Source: the human T2T-CHM13v2.0 reference genome, Homo sapiens
Reading direction: 5' to 3' (one strand)
Length of the DNA stretch: 64,000 nt
NCBI RefSeq assembly: GCF_009914755.1
Contig: NC_060925.1
Of the stretch, positions 12,806 to 23,890 are shown one piece after another. A program made the position numbers and the translations under genes. How positions within the stretch are numbered: position 1 is the first letter of the stretch; each line of letters starts with the position of its first letter. The notes beneath the pieces were generated by a model. The model saw only the letters and a program-made list of their open reading frames with translations. It did not search any database and was not told the DNA's origin.

Positions 12806-15800
12806 TTAGGATTATTACTAGAGAATAGAGTATCATAGTCCTGCTTCCTTTTAAGGGCATGGAATCATGATAAGACATGGGCAAAAAAGAAAAATGAATT
12901 TTTAAAAATTCATTGCCTTGGCACTGCAAGCATGTGATTAATTTAATTAAAACCTGGATGAGTATATCACATTTTACTCTCCCAGAATTCCATCCATAGC
13001 CTACTTTTTTTAGCGTAATCAAGAAAATCTTTCTGAAAGGCAGATGTGGTAAACCTTATATTCCTCTTTGAACAAGAAATAAGAGGCTTGGGTTCAATGT
13101 GAAAAAATGTGAAAAGTGTATGTAACACAAAGGTATCCTTTCCAGGAAAATATGCAACTGTGGTGGTACATTACTTGGGTATATAAAAGATCATGTCAGT
13201 TACATTAAACATATTGATGAGGTCATTTTCTTTTTCACAAGAAAGACAATAAGTGAAATTTTACATGTTAACTTGACCTTAATGTTTTTTTAATATTTAA
13301 TATTCAATGTGACAGAGTACTAAGCTGTGATCTTTGATTCCCTTATGTTTGAAAAGGTACAGAAAAAAAACAAAATTATTTGGTAAAAAAATTTTCGGAG
13401 CGCAGAGATATATGACTACATATGAATTCTGATTTTAGGAGGATGAATGAAATCTCCAGCACTAACTCCCTAAACCCTCAATAACAATCTGTTCATTGTT
13501 TGAAACTATTAACCTAAGAGATTATTTTCCTAAGATCAAGTTCAATGTTATTATATTCAACTTTTTCAAGGGGTTGAATTTACTAAGCTATCATTAGTCA
13601 TTATATTGTGGTATAAATGATCTGATACTGTGTTGATGATGAGTATGCACATGTTAGAGGCCATAGATGATGGATGAATGGATGAGTTACCTGTGACTCA
13701 TGAAGTGAATAAAAGTGCAGTAAGAAGAGAAAGGCTTACATCATGAGTAGTTTGCTGATGTTAAAGCAGAATTTATTCATATTGTTCTTTTGACAACGGT
13801 TAGCACTGGTGAAATTATAGCTTGAAATAGCTGTCCCCTTGTAGTCAGCAATGCTCACTCCAGTGATGCATCCACTGTAAAATATGTGTGAAATTTATTG
13901 GGCCACCAGCTGTATCAACAGGAATTAAATGGTTCACTGTTTTCCTAGCTGTTTGCCGAACTTTCTTTCTTTCAACTTGTTCATGATCTGATCTCTTCTC
14001 TGTTGTCAGTCATGCTGAAATTATAGCTGTATGTGATTGATTTGGATATATTGGACAAGTTTGCAAGTATTGTAAAAGTTGGGATTCTCTGAAAGTATCT
14101 CTATTATCAGCAAGTACAATCTTGTAAATAAAATTGCCCTTCAGTACAAATCTTACAAATCCTAAAATATTTGAATGCATTTTTTCTAATATTGAAGGCG
14201 TTATAAACTTTCTTAAATAAAAATTATTTTTAGTGAATCTTCAAAAAATGAAGATTAGAAACGTGCAGACTCTTTAGATCCCTGTAAAACATAAGAATTT
14301 TTTTGTAATTTATTAATGAAAATATGTTTCTACTTGTATTAATCATTCAAGGTATGTTGTTAGAGCTTCCATGATGTTTATTGCTATGTTTTAAGCCATG
14401 GTATGCCATCAAAGACTCACATTGATCTCTCAAAATGTGAATGAGCCAGGCTCATATATACATTCGAGATAGGTGAAGTCAATCAATTGAAAAAGTAATG
14501 GCAGTAAATATACATGGGGTAATAGATGAGGATAGCATTGGTTGGATCTTCCCTTAGGCCAGTTCCTCACTGGATCATGTTTCCTTCTGCTCTCAGAGCC
14601 AGTTTCCTCCAAAGATCTAATAGTAAATCCAAAGGCAGAAGGGAGCCTTGGGGTGTTATGACTTCTTCCCTCTCAGAATAATAACTGGATCTGATTTCTT
14701 AGCTTACTGAATGGTTTATTATTTCTTCTTGTTACTATGGCCTTCAAAAATCTTAAAAAAGAACATTTAAAAAGTTGATTAAAATTCAGTTATTATCATT
14801 GTTTAATTCTATAAAATGAATAATTCATTTTGCTAATATATTCTAAAGAATTACTTTCCAAACACACTGTCTTATAAGAAGAAAAAGAAAGCTTTCAGGA
14901 TCTAGAAAGAAAAAGAAAAAAATAAGATTTATATCATAGAAATATAGTTGTAAACTACCCATTTCTCCCTGCCTCAACCCCGCCTTCAGTTACGTGACAG
15001 TGTCAGAAGTCTAGCAAGACTACAGAAAATATGTTAAGCGAATGACATTTTCCAACACTACAGATATAGATTCCCTAGTAAAAAATGAACATTAAACCAC
15101 TTTCACCCCCCCGCCATTTATTTTGACATGGCAATTGCCTACTCAAACCTGCATCTTGGAGGATGTAATGTGATAATATTTCTATATGGTTCAAAGACTA
15201 AGGCAACAGAGGTAGTAACTGTGCAACCAGTGTGCTTTATCCATGAACTTGCCATGAACTTATGAACAAGGGGGGAAAAACATCCTAGTGGGAAGTGATA
15301 GTAGTTGTAGAATTGAGAGGTAATGTTTTTTCTCATTTGAAAAACATAGTTTTGGACACTTCTATTTATGGAGAAAGAAAGCTAAATCAGAACATGCACA
15401 ATAAGTAGTAACTAACAGCAAAAGAATGAGAAGACAAAGTAGGAGAGACATTTTACCTATAAATAGTGTAGCTTAAAGAAATCAGAAGATGTGGGAGGAG
15501 GGGTGGTAGAAAAACTGTAATTTTCAGAAAGAGTAGTATGGGTGTATTTGGGGCCAAAGCTGTTTTAGAAGGGAAAGAAAATGTCATCCTTCTTAAAATG
15601 ATTAAACAACATGGTATGAGAAGAAAACTCTGCCTAATAGCAAAAGTAATTTGACAAGTGAAGAGAACATCAAGAAAGGAAAAGTCTCACTGACAAAACA
15701 GAAATTCCATGTCAGCAAGAGCAGCACATGAATAAATTATTAAAGAATATGTTTGGGTTCCTTCCTTTTTTGCTCAGGAATACATACACATTTTGCTCAG

Positions 15801-15929
15801 AAATGCAGCTGATACTCTCCTTATAATCTCAATCTTATTTAATGCCCTTTCAGTCAAAGTCGCCAGATCCTGTCTATTTACTGCTCTCATCCTGCAAAGC
15901 TTATCTGTGAATTTGATGAACAGTTACTA

Positions 15930-16790
15930 TTACCAGTTCATCAATGTCATTGAGAAACATTTCTAAGTCTTGAGAGATGCTATAATCTTGTTGATTCTGC
16001 CTTTAAAATGCATCTGAAATCTTATACTTCTCATCACTCCTATAGTTATCATATTGGTGCTAGCTAACATTACTTCTTGCTTGAAATATTTCAGTAGTCT
16101 CCTAATTGGTCTTCCTGGTTTTGGCTTTTGCTCCTGTTACAAATCATTCTCAGCACAGTGGCCATAGTGTTTCTGTTAAAAGAAGACAAATCCTACATCC
16201 TTGCTACACACAACTATGCTTCACTTCCCTCACTTTTTCAGAATAAGAGCCAAATTCATTACAATGGTTTATAAGTCTCTAAATGATCAACCCTCTTGCC
16301 ACTTCTGTGACCACATCTCTGTCCATTGCCTCCCTTGTCCAATCTGCTCTAGCAATATTGGACTATTTCAAATTGGTGGAACACAAACCAAGAGCATCCC
16401 TACTTCAGAGTCTTTTTACTTGATACTTCCTCAGTCTGGAATAGTCATCCCTCAGATATTGACATGTCGTGCTTACATCCTCATTTCCTTCCAGTCTGTG
16501 CTCAAAGTCCACCATATTAAGGAGGTGCTCCCTGACCTCCTATATAAAATGGCAATCCTACCCCCTTACTCTCAAATTCTTTCCTTCTTAACCATCCTTA
16601 CTGTTCTCCATCCAATAATCTCCATCTGACATGGTATATATTTACTTCTTTATTGTTAGTTGTCTCCCCTCTCGCATTGGAATGTACAATTCACAAGGGA
16701 ACAGTCTTTGTGTTGTTCAATGATGTATTCCAAGTCCTAAGACCAGTGCCTGAAGCATACTAGGCACTCAATAAAAAATAAAATGTTATT
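15930..16790 (+). mobile_element. L2 LINE 3' fragment
   Basis: Pyrimidine-rich L2 body ending CAGTGCCTGAAGCATACTAGGCACTCAATAAA. Confidence 0.82.
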
Positions 16791-17054
16791 GGTGTTTAAA
16801 GAATAAAGTAATCATCAAACTATTTGTGTTACAGAAATGTTGCACATTTTGATGTAGGCCAAAAAAGATGTCATAATTTCATTCACCTTTGCTGAGTAGA
16901 ACATTTTTGTAGTATTATCATTTGAATGTTTAACATTCCCACTATCATGTGCCTCTAAAAGAAATAATGCAAAGTCTGCATTTATATTGCTTTCACATTT
17001 TTGATTTTTTTGTGTGTATGATACCTTATATTTTTCTTTATACTTACATGAATA

Positions 17055-17082
17055 CACACAGACACACACACACACACACACA
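17055..17082. repeat. (CA)n microsatellite
   Basis: cacacagacacacacacacacacacaca. Confidence 0.9.
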
Positions 17083-17399
17083 ATTGACCTTTTGTATTCA
17101 TGGGTTCCATATTTGTGGATTTAACCAAAGAGGGCTTAAAAATATTTGAACTAAAAAATAACAATACAATAATAAAGCTACAACTAAAAACAATACAGTG
17201 TAACAGCTATTTATATAACATTTATATAGTATTAGGTGTTATAAGTAGTTTAGAGATGAGTTAAATTATATGAGAGGATGTGCATAGGTTCTATGCAAAT
17301 ACTATGCCATTTTATATATAAGGGACTAGAGCATATACAGATTTTTATATCCTTGAGGAGATCTAGAACCAATACTCCATGGATACTGAGGGATGAATG
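17081..17399 (-). mobile_element. MER2 (TcMar-Tigger) DNA transposon
   Basis: Ends CAATTGACCTTTTGTATTCATGGG ... CCATGGATACTGAGGGATGAATG (degenerate TIRs); internal GAGGATGTGCATAGGTTCTATGCAAATACTATGCCATTTTATA. Confidence 0.85.
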
Positions 17400-17495
17400 A
17401 ATATATGTGTTTAGTTGATATTTATGTGTTATTTTTCTATATTTTATATATATTTAAATAAATTTAACATATTTGTTAGAATACTTATGATAAGG

Positions 17496-17935
17496 CAGGC
17501 GTCCCCAAGCCCCAGGCCATGGACCACTGCTGGACATATCGTGTGCCTCTAACATGAATAATGCAATGTCTGCATATATTGCTTTCACATTTTTGATGTT
17601 TCACTGTGTAATAATACCTTATAATTTTTTTTTATATTTAGATGACTATACACACAGCTGCATAGCAGGAGGTGAGCTGCAGGGTAGCAAGCATTACTGC
17701 CTGAGCTCCTCCTCCTATCACATGAGCAGTGGCAACATATTCTAATAGGAGTGTGAACCCTATTGTGAACTGTACATGTGAGGAATGTAAGCTGCATGCT
17801 CCTTATGAGAATCTAATGCCTGATGATCTGAGGTGGAACAGTCCCACCATCCCCTCCAACCCCTCAGTCCATAGAAAAATTGTCTTCCACAAAACCACAA
17901 AACCACTCTGGTACCAAGAGGTTTGGGGACTGCTG
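17496..17935 (+). mobile_element. MER1B (hAT-Charlie3 derivative) with internal ~120-bp non-transposon insert
   Basis: TIRs CAGGCGTCCCCAA / TTGGGGACTGCTG; perfect 8-bp TSD TGATAAGG at 17488-17495 and 17936-17943. Confidence 0.92.
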
Positions 17936-17976
17936 TGATAAGGAACAGATTATCTGAAACTAAATGGTTAACTTTA

Positions 17977-19062
17977 TTTATTTATTTTTTTATTACACTT
18001 TAAGTTCTAGGGTACATGTGCACAACATGCAGGTTTGTTACATATGTGTACATGTGCCACGTTGGTGTGCTGCACCCATTAACTCGTCATTTAATATTAG
18101 GTATATCTCTTAATGCTATCCCTCCCCCCTCCCCCGACCCCACAACAGGCCCCGGTGTGTGATGTTCCCCTTCCTATGTCCATGTATTCTCATTGTTCAA
18201 TTCCCACCTATGAGTGAGGACATGCAGTGTTTGGTTTTTTGTCCTTGCAGTAGTTTGCTGAGAATGATGTCCCTTCATCCATGTCCCTACAAAGGACATG
18301 AACTCATCATTTTTATGGCTGCATAGTATTCCATGCTGTATAGGCATGGGCAAGGTCTTCATGTCTAAAACACCAAAAGCAATGGCAACAAAAGCCAAAA
18401 TTGACAAATGGGATCTAATTAAACTAAAGAACTTTTGCACTGCAAAAGAAACTACCATCAGAGTGAACAGGCAACCAACAGAATGGGAGAAAATTTTTGC
18501 AATCTACTCATCTGACAAAGGACTAATTAATATCCAGAATCTACAATGAACTCAAACAAATTTACAAGAAAAAAACAAACAACCCCATCAAAAAGTGGGT
18601 GAAGGATATGAACAGACACTTCTCAAAAGAAGACTTTATGCAGCCAAAAGATACATGAAAAAATGCTCATCATCACTGGCCATCAGAGAAATGCAAATCA
18701 AAACCACAATGAGATACCATCTCACACCAGTTAGAATGGCGATCATTCAAAAGTCAGGAAACAACAGGTGCTGGAGAGGATGTGGAGAAATAGGAACACT
18801 TTTACACTGTTGGTGGGACTGTAAACTAGTTCAACCATTGTGGAAGTCAGTGTGGTGATTCCTCAGGGATCTAGAGCTAGAAATACCATTTGACCCAGCC
18901 ATCCCATTACTGGGTATATACCCAAAGGATTATAAATCATGATGCTATAAAGACACATGCACATGTATGTGTATTGCAGAACTATTCACAATAGTAAAGA
19001 CTTGGAACCAAGCCAAATGTCCAACAATGATAGACTGGATTAAGAAAATGTGGCACATATAC
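17977..19062 (-). mobile_element. L1PA (about PA3-5) 5'-truncated insertion with twin-priming inversion (minus to ~18340, plus 18340-19062)
   Basis: L1 3'UTR in antisense, then sense ORF2 C-terminal sequence ([20 protein letters not shown]); 18-bp TSD ACTAAATGGTTAACTTTA at 17959-17976 and 19063-19080. Confidence 0.95.
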
Positions 19063-19259
19063 ACTAAATGGTTAACTTTAAATTTTTATCTTATATATTA
19101 TGCAATATCACATGTAACACTATATAACTAGGCATTAAAATACTATATATCTGGGCATCGGAGTTCTAGAAAAAATTCAAGTAGCATTTGTCTATGACTC
19201 CCACCAATATATTTTGACTCAGAAAGAAATCACAGATCACTGTTAGACTAATGCCATTT

Positions 19260-19485
19260 TTTAGTCAGCTATAGACACAGTGATGCTGTGTGACAAAGAA
19301 CCACTACATTTTAGTGACATGTAACAATTATTATCTATTTCTCACTCCTGTGTCTCTGACATATCTTTAATGCCCATTAGTCAAAGCAGCCACATGGTCA
19401 AGCCTGTCATCAATGGGGCTAAGAAAGACTCTTCATGTACATTTGGAAGCGAAGGAGAGTCAGTATTTTCCAAGGAATTGTCCAG
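19260..19485. mobile_element. Old MLT1-type LTR fragment
   Basis: TTAGTCAGCTAT...GCTGTGTGACAAA and CCATTAGTCAAAGCAGCCACATGGTCAAGCC resemble MLT1 termini. Confidence 0.55.
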
Positions 19486-20196
19486 ACTATTACTTGGAGT
19501 AGAGTTTTCCAAAGTTATTCATTCTCAAAATCTCCTATGTACCAAAGCCAAAGAGAGCTCTATGGGTCTGCCTTGAAGAGAAAGTTTGTTTTATCTTCTG
19601 TTGAGAAAATAAACTGTCTAAAATGAATTGTGGATTCCACAGTAATTCAATGTGAATATTATGTGAATGAAGATAACCATAGAGAATAGAGCTGCCTGTG
19701 AAAACCAAAATGACAGCAAATGCTACACAGACCAAGAGTCTGGAAAACCAGCATGTCAGGAGGGTGTTATGAGAACTCCCAAGAAAGGGTGATAACTCAC
19801 CATGGGAGGACTTCCCATTTCTTCAGTGACCACACAGGGAATGTATTTGGAAATTGAAAATTACTTTCTATTTTTATATGTCATCTACTCACTCTACTTT
19901 TATTCTGAATTATTGTCTCTTCTTTTAATAATTTATTTACTCAGTGCTCGAGGTCAAGGATAGATTAAAATGGTTCCTGCCTTAGAGAAGCTCAAGATTT
20001 TAGTGGAATTATGAACTGGTCAATACTATGTCATAAACTTATGTATTTCCCTAAGACTTGGCCCAATATCAGAAACATAGGTGATAATTTAAAAATGTTT
20101 ATTGAATAAATGAACACAATAAATGAATGCATTATGTCCATAAAATATTACAGTTTTATGATCTTGTTATAATTTACCCTCTAGACTTTTTAAAAA

Positions 20197-21562
20197 TTAT
20201 ACTTTAAGTTCTGAGATACATGTGCAGAACATGCAGGTTTGTTACATAGGTATACACGTGCCATGGTGGTTTGCTGCACCCGTCAACCCATCATCTACAT
20301 TAGGTATTTCTCCTAATGCTATCCCTCCCCTAGCACCCCACCCCCTGACAGGCCCCGTCGTGTGATATTCCCCTCCCTTTGTCTATGTGTTCTCATTGTT
20401 CAACTCCCACTTATGAGTGAGAACATGTGGTGTTAGGTTTTCTGTTCCTGTATTAGTTTGCTGAGAATGATGGTTTCCAGCTTCATCCCTGTCCCTGCAA
20501 AGGACATGAACTCATCCTTTTTTATGGCTGAGTAGTATTCTATGGTGTATATATGCCACATTTTCTTTATCCAGTCTATCACTGATGAACATTTGGGTTG
20601 GTTCCAAGTCTTTACTATTGTGAACAGTGCTGCAATAAATATATGTGTGCATGTGTCTTTATAGCAGAATGATTTATAATCATTTGGGTATACACCTAGC
20701 AATTGGATCGCTGGGTGAAATGGTATTTCTAGTTCTAGATGCTTGAGGAATCACCACACTGTCTTCCACAATGGTTGAACTAATTTACACTCCCACCAAC
20801 AGTGTGAAAGTGTTCATATTTCTCTACATCCTCTCCAGCTTCTGTTGCTTCCTTTTTACTGGTTGCCATTCTAACTGGCATGAAATGGTATCTCATTGTG
20901 GTTTTGATTTGCATTTCTCTAATGACCAGTGATAATGAGCTTTTTTTCATATGTTTGTTGGCCACGTAAATGTCTTCTTTTTAAGAAGTGTCTGTTCATA
21001 TCCTTTGCCAACTTTTTGATGGGGTTGTTAAAAAAAAAGAAAATCAATGGTAGCTTGATGGGGATAGCATTGAATCTATAAATTACTTTGGGCAATATGG
21101 CCATTTTCATGATATTGATTCTTCCTATCCATGAGCATGGAATGTTTTTCCATTTGTTTGTGTCTTCTCTTATTTCCTTGAGCAGTGGTTTGTTCCCCTT
21201 GAAGAGGTCCTTCACATCCCTTGTAAGTTGTATTCCTAAGTATTTTATTCTCTTTGTAGCAATTGTGAATGGGAGTTCACTCATGATTCGGCTTTCTGTT
21301 TGTCTATTATTGGTGTATAGGAATGCTTGTGATTTTTCTCACCACTCCTATTCGACATAGTATTGGGAGTTCTGGCCGGGGCAATCAGGCTAGAGAAAGA
21401 AATAAAGGTATTCAAATAGGAAGATAAGAAGTCAAACTGTCTCTATTTGCAGATGACATGATTGTATGTGTAGAAAACCCAGTCATCTCAGCCCAAAATC
21501 TCCTTAAGCAGATAAGCAAATTTGACAATGTCTCAGGATACAAAATCAATGTGCAAAGATCA
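20197..21562 (-). mobile_element. L1PA (about PA7-8) with internal deletion and twin-priming inversion (plus 21338-21562)
   Basis: Antisense 3'UTR/ORF2, then sense RT segment (SLFADDMI); 19-bp TSD CCTCTAGACTTTTTAAAAA at 20178-20196 and 21563-21581. Confidence 0.94.
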
Positions 21563-23664
21563 CCTCTAGACTTTTTAAAAACTCAATAGAGTTAAATCCA
21601 ATAAGTTAGAATTTAATGTGGATGGTCTTGCAATGCTCATGTCATACATAACTGATAAGTGATAAATACATTTGTATTATATGACCAAATACTGACATCA
21701 ATGCCTTTTTCTCATAATTTCCATTTCTCAGAGCATTTTTCAATGAATAAATTGTAATGAAAAGACTATGGAAATAGCACAATTTCTGTGTACATTTCAC
21801 TTCTAATTTAATATAAAGCTAAAAATTTCCCTGAAAATGTTCTACCTTCTGGACATATAGAGCTATATTTTGCTCAAATAAATGCATATCCTTGTTAAGA
21901 AAAGAAGAATTTATTGGACTAAAAATCTTTGTTATTAGCTGAATCCAAAATGTATTTAGGAGTTAAAATCATTTATTCAGTTTTAATGTAAACTGCAGGA
22001 TATGATTCAGCTAGAAAGTTACTCTGTGTGTACTGGGCCTATTAGAAGCAGTTTATGTGTTTGTTTATAAACGATACAGGATGAATGATTCCTGAACAAT
22101 GTTAGAAGCAAGATGTCCTGCTTCTGTTATCATTTTGGTAAAGTGTTAAATGGGGTTCAGTGTCTTAATTTGAATTCACCATTTTAAAAAATAGAAATTT
22201 GTAGAAGGAGGTATAACTATATTGTAAAATGTATAAAGATTGGACAAGATGATGCTCCCCATTGGTTCTATCATCTGAAAGCTCTCTCCAATGTATTCTG
22301 CTGTGTGCCCCATAAAATAATGGTCCATTATGGTTTTATGTTCTTCTTCCTGAAGTAATCCAACAAGGTAGCCTAGTAATAGTATCAAATAATTTTTTAT
22401 GTGGGTTTTGAGTGTGTGTTTGTGTGTCTGTGTGTCTTGTTGGCTCTGATTCTTCCAAAATAGAAATCAGCCTGCATTTGGTAACTGAAACAAATGTTTC
22501 CAGGGCATTTTAAATGCATAATTTATAAAAACCAAAAATGGTGAAATAATGCAAAGATTCTACTGGCATTCATTTAGCTATAGAAAATATGCTAAAACAC
22601 TAGGTAGAACAGGTTTTGTCTTTTAACATTTTAATGAGCTTTGGGACTTTCATGCATATTAGTTATGTTGCCCTAATTACTCATTATAATTCTAATGTGC
22701 ATTTTATATTTAATTACAATGCTTATAAAGATTTGGTATGGACAGTAAATTATTATAACTAGCATGTGCATAGCGATTATGAACTGAATTTATTAACTTT
22801 TACACCAGCATTCACTGTTGGTAACTTTCAATTTCACCTTGGTGATTAACCACATTGTCTGATTAAACAAATATTTGTGTGGGAATTAATTGTAAAAGTC
22901 AAAATGCAGTGTCCACTGTTTTGCTTTTTGCCAATTTTTATCAAATTTATTTTGTTTCCACAGCTAATTTCATTACTATCCAAGCTCATTTCAAAAATAT
23001 TTAAGTAAATATTATTATTTCTTTCTTAATTACTTAAAATATTATAGGTGTGTTAGCACATTCAATAGAGAGCCTGATATCAGATGATTAGAAACTTTCT
23101 GCTAGGGTAAGTAAAGCTAAGTAGCTTTCTGAGATGTCAGCTAATTTACATTCTAAAGATAAAAATATGCAGCTTTTTAAAATAATTCTCACATTTTGTA
23201 AACATTAAGAATAGTTGTCATCTATCAACAAGAATTCTCTTCCCATCTGGCATAATGCATTTCCAAAAGTCTTAGATGTTATTTCTTTGGCAAGTTGTTT
23301 ATATTAAAATCACAAATAGCTCCATATTCATTTTCCATCCTTGAAATTTAGTATAAGGCTTTACCAGTGGGTAATCAATACATATTTATTGGTAATTAGA
23401 ATGGTAATATAATGGTCTTATAAAAATTCACATTCACTTAGTGAAAAACAAGACTAACTAGAATTTAAATGTGAATGAAACCATAACTTTATCAGATGAG
23501 GTCTACATTTTTGGACCCCAGATGGTCTTATTCTTGACCCAGGTAACATTAACCTTCAGTGGACAAAAGAGGATATGAAAGACAAAGATCATACAAGAAT
23601 TAACAAGAAAGATTTTTTTGAAAAATTTCTAAATATGCACGTTCATACAGTATAGCAATTAAGG

Positions 23665-23890
23665 GGTTTGCATTAAGGAGTAATTCAATTAGAATCTTAA
23701 CTTCCAGATGCTGGGCAAGTATGTTAATGTTTTAATACTGTAATTCCTGCCTCTGTAATACAGGAATAATAAAATCTACTTCAAAGGCTTGTTGTGGCAA
23801 GTAAATGAGGTAATTTATATAAAAAATGAGTACAAGGAAGGTATGGCATATAACAAACTCTTGAAAATGAGGTGCTATTGCATAAATACT
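23665..23890 (+). mobile_element. MIR SINE (degenerate)
   Basis: TGGGCAAGTATGTTAA...CTCTGTAATACAGGAATAATAA...AAATGAGGTAAT. Confidence 0.6.

Noticed and set aside
18174-21360. ORFs resembling L1 ORF2p
   Set aside because: Fragments of truncated, rearranged L1 copies, not functional genes.
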